Assembly (NCBI RefSeq): GCF_947568905.1
Contig: NC_079165.1
Span: forward strand, 59,272,001-59,336,000
Length of the DNA: 64,000 nt
Direction of reading: 5' to 3'
Source: Ostrea edulis
Lineage: Eukaryota
In this document: one piece after another, positions 38,790 through 51,119 of the stretch
Layout of the letters: every line of letters begins with the position of its first letter
How positions within the stretch are numbered: the first letter of the stretch is position 1
The notes under the pieces: generated by a model
What the model was told of the DNA's origin: nothing
The model's input: only the letters and a program-made list of their open reading frames with translations
The model's database searches: none
Translations under genes and position numbers: made by a program

Positions 38790-39135
38790 ATATGATTACG
38801 TAGAGGACCCGACATGATTACGTAGAGGATCCTAAATCATTGTGAAAAATCTTCATAGCTATTAATATTTAAGTCCTTAAATGATTGCGCGGAGGACTTT
38901 ATATGATTGTGAAGAAGTCCTTAAATGATTGCGCAGAGGACTCTACATGATTGTGAAGAAGTCCTTAAATGATTGTACATAGCTAGGCCCCTACATGATT
39001 TTGAAAAAGACTCTATGATTGTGAAGAAGACACTATATAATTTGATTGTACAGAAGGCCCTACATGATTTGAAGAAAAGTCTTCATGATTATGAAGAAGA
39101 CTCTACATCGTTGTAAAGAAGACCCTAAATGTTTG
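38790..39135. repeat. Degenerate 22-bp minisatellite (ATGATT-initiated, alternating A/B units)
   Basis: atgattgcgcggaggactttat / atgattgtgaagaagtccttaa. Confidence 0.8.
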
Positions 39136-40897
39136 CACATAGGTCATGAGAGCGCACTACGTTCCTACCTACATCAATCTTCATCCTATGGCGGGCACAG
39201 TATTATAGGATATCATTTCTCCTGTAAGATGAGGATTACAAAAAAGACTGTATTTGATACAGAAAATTTGACACCCCCTCCGATCAAGAAAGGTAAGAGG
39301 ATTGTGGGCCTGAAAAGTGACATGGGTATCACACAAAGATAAACTTAAATTACAAGTCTTGCATATTGATCACATGCATTCCAATATTTCTTTGACGTTT
39401 TCAACCAGTGGCCTTGACCTTGTCTTTTGTTCAGAATCAGGGACACAATGTTTGGTCGACGTAAGGACTCTTTCCGTCAAATATTAGCTTTTATTAACTC
39501 TACATAACAAAGTTGTGACCCCCGACAATTTTTGTGATAGTTAGTGGCTTTAGAATTGGACAGTTGTCCAAAGTTTCAGATAAGGACGAATTATTTGATC
39601 ATATTAAACAATTTTCTAGTTCAGTGCTTCTTCGAGCTGTTACAAAGTTGCCAAATACTTCCAATGTTTTTATTGGTGACTTTGGCAAAATGGCCTGGAT
39701 TCTAGATCATGACACCCTATCTTGTCACAAACAAGTTAATCAAAATTAGATCACTTATAGTTCAGAAAGTTAGTGTAGCGGCTAGACCAGCGAATTTAAT
39801 ATCTAATTTTGATTAGATTGGTTCATAAGTGACTTATGTGCCAAGTGTGAGCTAGATGTTCTAGAGGAAAGCGTTTTTACCAACCACAAAAGATGCTACT
39901 CAACAATTTATGTGAAATTGTTTTTGGGAGTTTCGAAGAAGTTCTAATATGCATAAGTTTGCGATGGACAACGGACGACGTACCCGGCGCATTGGCACAC
40001 ATAACATGAGGTTACAACGTACCTGGTAATCCAGAGGACTTTAGAGAATATATATAAGCCAACCATTTTCAGTATAAGATTTCATTTCTGACGTGTTTGA
40101 TCTAGGATTAATTATCCTATGAAAATATTGAGATTATTATCCAATTAGAATATATTCTCCAAACGGAAAATAATGTGATTTTGGTAGAAGAAGATTGTGA
40201 TTTTGATATCATGATCTAATTCGTAAATACTAAACCAACATAAATAATTCATGAAATAAATAACACATTATTACAGACCATAAGCACAGGGTTCAACACA
40301 ACATTGGTGGGTTCGGTTTTGTTGGAACGCGGTTTTTTTAATGGAAATCCTGAAAGGGAGTATTTTATCAAATATTTCTCTTAATTTAACAAATATCTGG
40401 AAAACAATGTATACACTGATTGTTGGGTAGTGTATTGATGCTACTCAATGACAAAAATTATCCGCCAATCGGGGTTTTTTTCTCATGAAAAAATCAAGGT
40501 GTTGATGTTGATGTTGTTAGCAGGTTCCGCAATTTTTAAATGACATCTAGCCACGTAAAACTGTTAACACGTACTTGATAAACGATTTATGAGGTCATCA
40601 TTCTCTTTAACACTATGTTGGGCGTGGTTTCGGTTCCCAGTTGACTAGGTGTTTCGACGCCTTTAAATTCTAGCTTGCGACCGCCAAATGAAAGGTGAAG
40701 ATAACGAACAGTGGTCAATCTCATAACTCCTATAAGCAATACAAAATAGAGTTGGGCAAACACGGACCCCTGGGCATATCAGAGGAGGGATCAGGTGCCT
40801 AGGAGGAGTAAGCATTCCCTGTCGACCCGTCACACCCGCCGTTAGCCCTATATCCTGATCAGGTAAACGGAGTCAAAATCAGTTTGCCAAGAACGGT

Positions 40898-41646
40898 CTA
40901 ACAATCGGTATGAAACACGTCAGACAGATTTTGACCCAATGGTAGGTTGTATTGACGAAGTAGATCGTTATAACGACCATAGAATTTGCGAAATGCTGAC
41001 TTCAAATAAGACTGTTGAAACCCCTGTACCATCAACTTGTTTGTCAGTAGCTTACCTCGAATTAAAAACTGACTATATCCAGAACAAGCTCTTGCATATC
41101 GAATCAGTTGAGAGATATAAACACCATATGCAGGTGATAATAGAATATTGCTACATAGATATGGGAAGTTGACGATGGAGAAGCTGAAATCATCCCGTTT
41201 ATCATACGGTTGAGTTGTCAGTTTGCCTTTAATGTCTACTTTCAATAAAATATCTAAGTATGAAGCAGAAGTGGACGACTCTGTGGTGTCTTTTATTTCG
41301 ATTTCACAGGGATAAATCGAATCGACATATGAATGAAATTTATTATTGTTAATAGACAAAACGTCGTCGATATATCTAAATGTCGAATTGAAGGCCACAG
41401 CAAAATATTTTTTCTTCTCACGTAGAAGTTTTTGAATAAATTCTGCTTCATATGAATATAGAAACAGGTCAACTAACAAAGGAGCACAATTCGTGCCCAT
41501 GGGAATTCCAACAGACTGTTGGAAGACCTGATCACCAAAGACCACGAAGATATTGTCAATGAGGAACTCTAGCATATCTTTTATTTCAACTTCAGAGTAC
41601 TTGTACGTGGAATCACAGTGGTATTTCACAAAGTAAGTTTTTGGAT
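40898..41646 (-). pseudogene. Naiad reverse transcriptase, C-terminal half
   Basis: FQQSVGIPMGTNCAPLLVDLFLYSYE, FRYIDDV, SYLDILL, thumb region to stop at 40898. Confidence 0.9.
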
Positions 41647-42396
41647 ACGTGAGAAGAAAAAATCTCTCGCTGTGACCTTCAACTCGACTTTTAGATATAT
41701 CGATGACGTTTTGTTTATTAACAATGATAGCTTTCATTCATATGTCGATTTGATATATCCCTGTGAGCTCGAAATAATGGACACCACAGAGTCGTCCACT
41801 TCTGCTTCATACTTAGATATTTTATTGAAAGTAGACATTAACGGCAAACTGACAACTCAACTGTATGACAAACGGGATGATTTCAGCTTCTCCATCGTCA
41901 ACTTCCCATATTTGTGAAGCAGTATTCCATTATCACCTGCATATGGTGTTTATATATTTCAACTGATTCGATATGCAAGAGCTTGTTCTGGATATAGTCA
42001 GTTTTTAATTCGAGGTAAGCTACTGACAAACAAGTTGATGGTACAGGGATTTCAACAGTCTCGATTGAAGTCAGCATTTCGCAAATTCTATGGTCGTTAT
42101 AACGATCTAGTTCGTCAATACGACCTCGCATTGGGTCAAAATCTGTCTGACGTGTTTCATACCGATTGTTAAGCCGTTCCTGGCACACTGATTTTTACTG
42201 CGGATAACTCCGTTTACCTGTTCAGGATATAGGGCTCGTGGCGGGTGTGGCCGGTCGATGGGGCATGCTTACTCCTCCTAGGCACCTGATCCCACCTCTG
42301 GTGTGTCCAGTGGTCCGTGTTTGCCCTACTCTCTATTTTGTATTGCTTGTAGGAGTTATGAGATTGATCACTGTTCGTTATCTTCAGCTTGCATTT
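41647..42396 (+). mobile_element. Inverted 3' segment of the same Naiad family inside the element
   Basis: REKKKSLAVTFNSTFRYIDD...VFHTDC plus full 3'UTR on the + strand. Confidence 0.9.
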
Positions 42397-43228
42397 AATT
42401 AACACCACTTCTGGCATATGTAGTTACACTGTAAGTTTGAAGTTTCTCCTTCACAGCTGTTAATATTTTCTTGAGGAGCAAAGATAGGGGCTTGGTAGAG
42501 CACTTACTGGATCCAGCAATGTATCTTTGTTTGTAAGGGTTTTTATGAAGTTTAGTAATCCATTATGGTACCTGGGATATTAACTGTGTCTAAATCTGAA
42601 GCATGGTTTTGAAGAATTTCATCTTTTGAAAGGGCAGTTGGAGTATAAGTACGATTACCAAAAGTGGAATCAATGCCAAGTTCGTTTAAAATACAGTTGT
42701 AATAATGAGACTCAGAAATAATGACAATGTTGTTACTAGCTTTGTCAGCTGGAACCAAAACATATTCCTCATGTAACCTATATAATTCTTTTATCACTTC
42801 TGGTTTTCTAAACACAGAAGGATAGATGGTATGTACTTTAATTTTAATATATTTAATGCGGAAATTTTAATATTCCTCATATGCTTTTAACCCATTCTGA
42901 CAATGTATCTTTTTCATATTTAGCCCATCGTGTGGCATAATCTTTGACAGAATTCATAATAGAGATGAAGTTTTGTTGCCAATTAAAATACCGAGGTTCT
43001 CTGTATTTAGGACCTTTTAGAATAAGTGATTTGAGGTCCTCATTTTCAACTATATATGTATATCAACATCACCAGTAATGACATGTCCAGCTCGACTATA
43101 GTTGAAAGATGAAAAACAAGAACACGTTGGTGGATTACGTATAAGATGGTCTATATCTAGGCACTGTAAAGTTTGTTTATAATTACAAAGTTTGGATGCA
43201 ATAGTAGAAGTATAGCTGTAGGAAATAC

Positions 43229-43784
43229 TCGGGCTTGCAAGATCAGCCTTCAGTGCACTAAACAAGATCAGGAAGTCATCTAAATTCAAAACTGATACTA
43301 AACTGCGCCTCTTCAACACCATTGTAATATATGTCCTCCTGTACTGTGCAGAGTTATGGCAAACATCTAAAAAAAAAAAAAGATGAGGAAATATTAGATA
43401 CCTTCCATCGCAAATGCCTTCGTAGAATACTCAACACCTGCTGACCAGAGAAGATCTCAAATGATGATCTCTATAGACAGACAAATACCATACCATTGTC
43501 AATCAGCATCAAAGTCCGTAGATGGAGATGGATTGGCCATGTTCTGCGAAGGAACAACAACAGAAATATAAAGATTGCACTAACATGGACGCCAAAAGTG
43601 AAGAGGAGAACTGGAAGACCAAGGAATACCTAGCGAAGGACAGTTGAAAGCGAAAGGAACAATCTCAAATGGACCACTTGGCAGAGAGCTGAAGTCGTGG
43701 TAGCAGACAGGTCAAGATGGCGAGGGATGTTGGCCGGCCTCAAGAGTCCATAGGGCCCAGAGATGATACGTATGTATGTATGTA
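43229..43784 (+). mobile_element. 5'-truncated RTE-clade LINE inserted in the Naiad linker
   Basis: Decayed C-terminus ARSAFSAL..., FHRKCLRRIL, RRWRWIGHVLRR, GRPRNT; (GTAT)n tail; 12-bp TSD TGTAGGAAATAC at 43217-43228 and 43785-43796. Confidence 0.9.
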
Positions 43785-44059
43785 TGTAGGAAATACAGGG
43801 TGTAGACTTGAACTTGAAATAAGTTGAAATACACGCGTACGACTGAACCCATTTATGACGAAGAATGTTGCTTATGTTGGCGGCATCTATTCCTTTGTTT
43901 GTAAAGTTGAGCTTTAGGAACTGACGGCATGATTTGGAAGGAATATCATCCATAACCCATGCTGGTTTAAAGAGCCTGTGATAGGCAATATCCATAATCA
44001 TAAAGTTCAGTCTATATTCAGCTGTTGAAAAATCCAAGTATAGACTTGCTGTAGCTTCT

Positions 44060-44938
44060 TCAAATAACGTATGTAAAATTCTCAATGAAACAGTAAAGTT
44101 TTGTACGAATATGATGTGGACCTAATTGTCTGTTGACGTAAGACAAAAGTGAATCAAACGTGACATCATTTATACTTGGTCTTTTATCTGAACGATGTCC
44201 ATGACTGCGTTTCCGTCTTTGAGTATTGGGAAAGAGTCCCATCACATTCACGTTATTTCCTTGTGGACTAGTCAAATTTCCCACATCATATACATTATCA
44301 TTGCATCCATATGGAAATGCAGTGCCTAGGGTCCTGATCCAGTGATCTTCTCGTGCATGTCTACGAAAAGGGGTGCTTAATGTTGGATTGTTTGTGTGAT
44401 GGTAATTTCCCCCCAAAATTCTTACCTTCATGGACAAGATGGAGTGGTCCGGTACATTAAAATGCTTGTAAAGAAGTTGGTCACCACCATTATTTATTTG
44501 AAATCTGTGCCCCAATATTCTTTTATTAAATGACCCCTTGGTTTCTCCCACATAAATTAAGCCACACAGGTTACACTCAATGGCGTAGACAATGTTAGAA
44601 GATTTACAAGTCAAATTATCAAACGTTTTGGTACAGAAACTACGTCCAGTGAGATTACTACTAAATGAATTTCTAGTGATCAGTATATCACAAGTTTTGC
44701 AATTTTTTGCAGAACATTTTGAGATTGAGCACATGGGATATGAAAAGAAATTATCAAAAATATCTCTTATAAAACATAACAGTCTTTGATTTGGGTATAC
44801 GAAGTTTGGTTTCTGTACCAAAGCAGACAATCTGACGATTGTACATAAGACAAATCTTTGATATCTCGAAGGATAATCCGAGGGACACCAACCGATCTGG
44901 AGTAGCCTCTGTTCCTTATAGACTCCACAGAGTGACAC
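44060..44938 (-). pseudogene. Naiad GIY-YIG endonuclease domain
   Basis: CxxxxCxxC, NIVYAIECNLCGLIYVGET, GHR...YKHF (CCHH), EDHWIRTLGTAFPYGCND. Confidence 0.9.
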
Positions 44939-45679
44939 CTTTTTATACTGGGCGACGTGTCAGCCAGTATTGTTTCGTTATTGTGTATATTCACGAAGGA
45001 ACATATATCGAGCGACAAGTATCCTCCAACCACCACCAACAACAAATATAATTCTTTCAATAATAACAAAACCACTACCAACCAAAACAATAACAAATAC
45101 TGTGATCGTAATAAATCTTTTTTTGAAAATTATACAACAGAACAAGTAGAAGACGAAGTAGAACATTAAAATACTTATAAGGTACAGATAATCTTTTGTG
45201 ATCATAGCTGGACCACAGAAGAAGAAGAAAAATGAGGAGGAGAGGAGAAGGAATTAACAAACAGGGCCAGTTTGTATGTAAATGGTGTTTCCAAATAGTT
45301 TCAGCAAGGGGGCGACAATTTGGGGTGTGAGGTTATGCCCAAATCACTGCCACCGACGATTTGGGACGGGCGACGATTTGGAGTGTGACATGTGTCACAA
45401 AAGGTTTGTTTGCCTTTTGTAGAAAGTATGCCTTGAGAGTCTTACTGTACTGTAGAGGAATGTGTATGATTCTTCGATGTAGCGGACTTAGACGTGTATG
45501 ACGTTTCTAAGGTCATACTTTGTTCTTGGCAAAGCTTAGAAGCCTCTGAATTGACACTTTTCGAAGACATAACAGTTCTTATCTGACAAACGTGTTCACG
45601 ACACCTAACTATTAGTGGTTCTGATGTGAGATTGGGAATTTGAACTTTCTTCCACTCACTATGGACTTTCTCGGGAATG

Positions 45680-45799
45680 GGCTACATATGACTAGTATTC
45701 GAGTCAGACATTGTCCTCAGTTCTAGTTCCTGTAACTTCTTCCAAACTGCCTGGCCAAAGTGAAAGGTGCATACTTTGATAAGTGTGTTTTCCATGCAC
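45680..45799 (-). pseudogene. Mutator (MULE) transposase relic
   Basis: Minus strand reads CTFHFGQAVWKKLQEL, fitting the MULE CxFHxxQAxW signature; preceded by acceptor tttttag. Confidence 0.55.
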
Positions 45800-45962
45800 C
45801 TAAAAAGGGATCAATTTTTATTAATCTAAATGTATAACATTATTCAATACAAATGAAATAACACTTTCCCTAAGCAAAGGCTTTTCCCGTGGCAATATAC
45901 TCAGTACCGAAACACCGGGCAGCAGTAGGACGCGAAGTGCTTGAAACTTGTGTTTTCCGGTA

Positions 45963-48900
45963 CCGGTGTTATAGAGCCAGACATCCCCCATAGTGAGACT
46001 TCCCCCCGGAAGTCTGGCTCTAGAGTGAGCCTTCCCCCAGGGGGGAAGGCTCACTCTAGAGCCAGATTTCCCCCCAGAGCCAGCCTTCCCCCCGCGGATG
46101 TCTGGCTCTAGAGTGAGCCTTCCCCCTACGGAAATCTGGCTCTAGAGTGAGCCTTCTCCCCGGTATTCTCGCTCTAGAGTGAGCCTCCCCCCAGCAGACT
46201 TGCTATAGAATAAACCTTACCTCAGGGGGAAGACTCACTCTAGAGCCATAACACCCTCTTGAAGTCTCGCTCTAGAGGGACACCCCCGCTTTCATCCCCT
46301 CCTATGCAAACTACATCTGTATGGAATAAATTTGAGTTTATCGGGCAGGGAATTACTTACCTACCTACCTCTCTACCTACCTACCTACTTTTTAAAAAAA
46401 TGTTTTATTTTTGTATTTTCAACACATTTATACATACAAACATTCAAACTGTAATCTACACTCGCTCATTCACACTTGCAATTACTCTGTGCACCTTCTG
46501 TATCAATAATAACAGTGAATTGTATATATGATATATACATGTATAATATATACATACACACACAGAAATATATATACATATATAAACATACATATATACA
46601 CATTCAAAGATAAAGGTAATTATTTTATTTTTCATATAAATGTATTATGATTTTCAACAAACTACTTGTCCATTATATTATCATACAATGCCCATTTACC
46701 AAGCATTTTGGATTTGCTATGAAATACATTTTGACAATATATTTCTAAATTTCTATAGCATTGAAACAAATTATTTGCATCTGAGAATTTGGGTTTTGAG
46801 CCCTGTGATCTGGAATAATAAATGTGCTTTTTGTGCTAACAAAAGAAGAAACATTTCCAAACAACTTCCATCAATATTGCCAAGTAACACACTTCTTTTT
46901 GTGATTTTATAACCTTTGACAAATGCATTGTACCATTTCACAAAATCTCCCCAGAAGGCAGACACACAGTCATAAAAAAAATATAAGTGACTGTTTCTCT
47001 TTCACTTTTGCAAAATGAACACAAGTCATTATCTACAAGTTTAAGTTTGCGAAGGAAAAAGTTTGTAGCTATATAACACATAAGAATTGAAGATAAATTA
47101 AATTTGTTTCTTTTGTGCATAATGATGCGTTCATATAATGAAATTCCCAACATTTTTCTGAAATAGTTTCACTGAGATAAGTTTCCCACTTCTCTCTTTT
47201 GAGTTGTGGGGCTATGAACTCCTTTTCCTTCAAAACCTGATATAAAAATTTAACATAAGAACTAGAGTTCATTTTCTGTACAATACACTGATTTGGACTC
47301 AACAATCCATGATGTACTTTGCATTGTTTTTAACAATTTGTCTTTTAATTTCAATCCCAAGGTGTAATAACTTGCATTCCCAAAGAAGAAAAAGATAGAC
47401 GCTATATAAAAAATTGGCGACCAATATCATTATTAAATGTTGATTACAAAATTGGTTTTAGTGCCATGGCAAATCGTTTAAAGACAGTACTAAGAAGTAT
47501 CATAAGTGACTCTCAGAAGGGTTTTTTAAAGGGACAGTTTATTGGTGAAAACACTCTTTTTTTGGTATGATTTGACCAAAATTAGCCAGGACTGTTATTA
47601 TTATTAGATTTTGAAAAAGCATTTGATTCATTGGAATGGGATCTTATTGTAAAGGCACTCAGGTCCTTCAATTTTGGGGAATCTATTGTAAAATGGTTTC
47701 TAAACCCTCTATACACCTCTAATACCAGTTGTATAATTAACAATGGAAACTTGTATAAATTCTTCTGTCTTGTAGACAAGGAGATCCATTGACACCATAT
47801 ATCTTTATTATTACAGTAGAATTGTTGGCAAAAGCTCTTAAAGAAAATTGAAATATTAAAGGCGTAACTGTGGCTGGAAAAGAAAACAAATTAGGCCAGT
47901 ATGCGGACGACTCTTTATTAACGTTAGATGGCAGTGAAAAATCACTTAGAGAATCTATGAGAGTTATTGATATGTTTAGAATGATTTCTGGACTACGTTT
48001 AACTATTTCAAAATCACAAGCAATTTGGTTGGGGAGCAAATCAGGTTCAGCGGAAACTTTGTGTAATGATCTGAAAATGAAATGGAGAAATAGCAATTTT
48101 AAGCTCCTCGGAATAGTATTTACAAAAAATCTGGAAGACATGACTTTATGTAATTATCAATCTAAAATCAATGCCATTAAAAATTGCTAGGTTTTAATTC
48201 CAATAGGTAAAATCACAATTATCAAAACTCTAGCACTCCCAAAGCTCATACACTTATTTTCAGCATTGCCTGGAAGAGTTGAATAAAATATGTTTTTAAT
48301 TCATTTGGGGATACAAGGTAGAAAAGTTGAAAAGAAATACAATTGTGGGTAATTATGATGAAGGGAGACTAAATATTGACCGTTTGGCATCTTTTATAGG
48401 TTATATTAAACTGAAATGGGTCAAAAGGTACCTTGCTGATAATGAGGGTATATGGCAACATATGTTGCATAGTATTTTAAATCTTAGAAATGTGGATTTC
48501 ATTTTTCACCTATTCAAAGAAAAACTTAATGAATTTGTAAATCATATTGACAATGTGTTTTGGAAAGATGTGTTTAAAGCTCAATTAAGAGTTAAAAAAA
48601 GCTCTCTTTCTGCTACAGATTATTTGAATTTAGATATAAGAAACTTAGTTAATATTGAAAAATGGAATTTTAATACAAATTGGGTTGACAGAGGCATTAA
48701 GACCTTGAATGACTTAGTTTTGCAGAATGAAACATTCAAATACTTTACTGATGAAAAAGATGCGGTTGGTACAAAGAACTTTTTGAGCTATTATTGTCTT
48801 ATTTCAAAAGTACCCTACCTACCAATTTACCTACCTCTCTACCTGAAGTTATACAAGTTTAAAAGCATAACCGATATTTGTACGCAGATGAGAAGAAACA

Positions 48901-49390
48901 TAAATTCGAAATTTCCTCATTTCATTTTTCAAACTTCTAAAACTAACCAAGGCATAGGTATTGTGTGGGTCAAAGTTCAAGGTCTATGGGTCAAACAAAA
49001 TGGCTTATCAATTCCAATGTGTTTTATTCAACGTATTCTTCTCTTGAGTTTGATGAACGACTTAAGCAAAATCATTTAATGCCCTGCTGAAAATGGTCTT
49101 GGTATCTAAACAATCTCTATAAACTGATATTAGTTTACCAAGAATAAATGGAGGGGGAAGTCCTGCTATGGGGGGAAGTCTGACTCTACAACTAGTGATA
49201 GAGTAGGTATACCCACGGGGAAGTCTGGTTCTAGAGTGAGACTTCCCCGGGTGTTCTCCTGCTCTAGAGTGAGCCTCCCCCCAAGGGGAAGGCTCACTCT
49301 AGAGCCAGGCTTCCGGGAGAAGGCTCACTCTAGAGCCAGGCTTCCGGGGGGGAGTCTCATTATGGGGGAAGGCTCACTCTACAACACCGG
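45963..49390. mobile_element. Non-autonomous foldback-like DNA element with modular subterminal repeats
   Basis: Inverted ends CCGGTGTTRTAGAG; arms of GAAGGCTCACTCTAGAGCCAG-type modules at 45963-46280 and 49150-49390; about 1 kb once the LINE is removed; TSD unclear (TA / AA). Confidence 0.8.
46389..48814 (-). mobile_element. 5'-truncated, 5'-inverted L1/Tx1-clade LINE
   Basis: + strand 47361-48814: RT (GVITCIPK..NWRPISLLNVDYK, DFEKAFDS, QGDPL, YADD); - strand 47363-46389: C-terminal Cys-rich region, 3'UTR, AATAAA and short A tail; in a (CCTA)n tract. Confidence 0.9.
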
Positions 49391-49879
49391 AAGAACAGAT
49401 TGTTAAATCATATGGACTAAAATCAACCTCGTAGGACGCCGGATTTACACATGCTTGCTTGTAACAACTCCCAAACAGCTAAGGAGGAATCATTTACGGT
49501 AGATCCACTCTCATGTGACTTATCAATATTAATGGCTCAAGGTAGAAAAACTGTATGTATTGATTTCCACTCAATATATAGTTTAATCTAATCCAAAGAA
49601 AGTGTTTTTACTCTTTTAAACATGTCGGACATATATACACGGAAGAATAAATTGACATAAGAAATTGGCACAATTGGACAACAGGATAATAAAAATACCA
49701 CCAAAAAATTGATAAAATCAAAAATAAAAATTAATTTTAATATTTTGAAAAAAACTGCAATTTTATACATACCTTTTTCTTTTGTATGAATTAATTGTGG
49801 ATATCAGGGAAATCATTGTATAACAGACATATAAAATACTATCATAGAAGTTATTGCCCTTGACAACATTGTCTACATG

Positions 49880-50935
49880 AAAAGAGAAGATAGCGAACAG
49901 TGATAAATCTCATAACTTATATAAGCAATACAAAATAGGAAGTTTGCCAAGCACGGATCCCTGGGCACATCAGAGGTGGGACAAGGTGCATAAGAGGATT
50001 AAGCATCCCCTGTCGACCCGTCACATCCGCCGTGAGCCTAGATCTTGATCAGGTAAACGGAGTTATCCGTAGTCAAAATCAGAGTGCCAAGAACGGCCTA
50101 ACAATCGGTATGAAACATGTCACTTCAGACAGCATTTGACCCAATGATAGGTTGTATTGGCAAACTAGATCGTTTTAACGACCATAGAATTTGCGAAATG
50201 CTGACTTTAAACGAGACTGTTGACACCCCTGCACCATCAACTTGTTTGTCAGTAACCTTTCTCGATTTAAAAACTGACCATACGCAGAACAAGCTTTTGC
50301 TTATCGAATCAGTTGAGAGATATAAACACCATATGCAGGTGATATTAGAATATTGCTACATGGATATGGGAAGTTAACGATGGAGAAACTGAAATCATCC
50401 CGTTTGTCATGAAGTTGAGTTGTTAGTTTTCTGTTAATGTCTACTTTCAATAAAATATCTAAGTATGAAGCAGAAGTGGACGACTCTGTGGTGTCTTTTA
50501 TTTCGATTTCACAGGGATATATCGAATCGACATATGAATGAAAATGTTTGTTAATAGATAATACGTCGTCGATATATCTGAAAGTCCAATTGAAGGCCAC
50601 AGCAAAATATTTTTTCTTTTCACGTAGAAGTTTTTTTTAATAAATTCTGCTTCATAAGAGTATAGAAACAGGCCAGCTAACAAAGAAACACAATTTGTGC
50701 CCATGGGAATTCCAGCAGACTGTTGGAAGACCTGATCACCAAAGACTGAAGATATTGTCAATGAGGAACTCTAGCATATTTTTTATTTTCAACTTCAGAG
50801 TACATGTGCGTGAAATCAGAGTGGTGTTTAACAAAGTAATTTTTTGGATGACTGATCACTAGATATGAATATTTCCGTTTTCCATTTTTGTTGAAGAAGC
50901 AATTGTCTATGATGTCAAAAATATAAGTCTTTGAT
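49880..50935 (-). mobile_element. Naiad-type 5'-truncated copy (RT C-half plus 3'UTR), frameshifted
   Basis: DIIDNCFFNKNGKRKYSYLVISHPK..., GIPMG, RYIDD; absent from duplication copy 1. Confidence 0.9.
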
Positions 50936-51119
50936 TATTTATAGAAAATATGAAGGTGTTTTTAGCATCAAATAGTTTACATTTTTTTCCCAGTATACCC
51001 AGTGAATAAATTTCCTCCAAAAGCTACATTTCTATCATGCCCAAAGTTTGATTAGATAAGGATTTTGCTAAAACCTATAATATAACATGAGGGTGGGCCT
51101 ACCATAAATAATTAACCGT

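Larger units (their letters stand above)
40688..45050 (-). mobile_element. Near-full-length Penelope-like element with N-terminal endonuclease (Naiad clade), disrupted
   Basis: Minus-strand order: GIY-YIG (44938-44060), linker with PPTCSC (43322-43050), RT N-part (VPADKASNN, LHKNPYKQRYIAGS), RT B'-E motifs (QSVGIPMG, RYIDD, YLDI), 3'UTR; 5' boundary approximate. Confidence 0.9.

Noticed and set aside
44060-44938. Selenocysteine-encoding Naiad
   Set aside because: The endonuclease frame is open with ordinary Cys codons and no in-frame TGA at Cys positions; I saw no SECIS-like element
44957-45260. N/T/E-rich ORFs upstream of the Naiad endonuclease
   Set aside because: Translations of (AAC)n/(GAA)n low-complexity DNA
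48327-49079. 250-aa ORF as a host gene
   Set aside because: It is the Tx1 LINE ORF2 segment reading through the insertion junction into the foldback element's internal sequence
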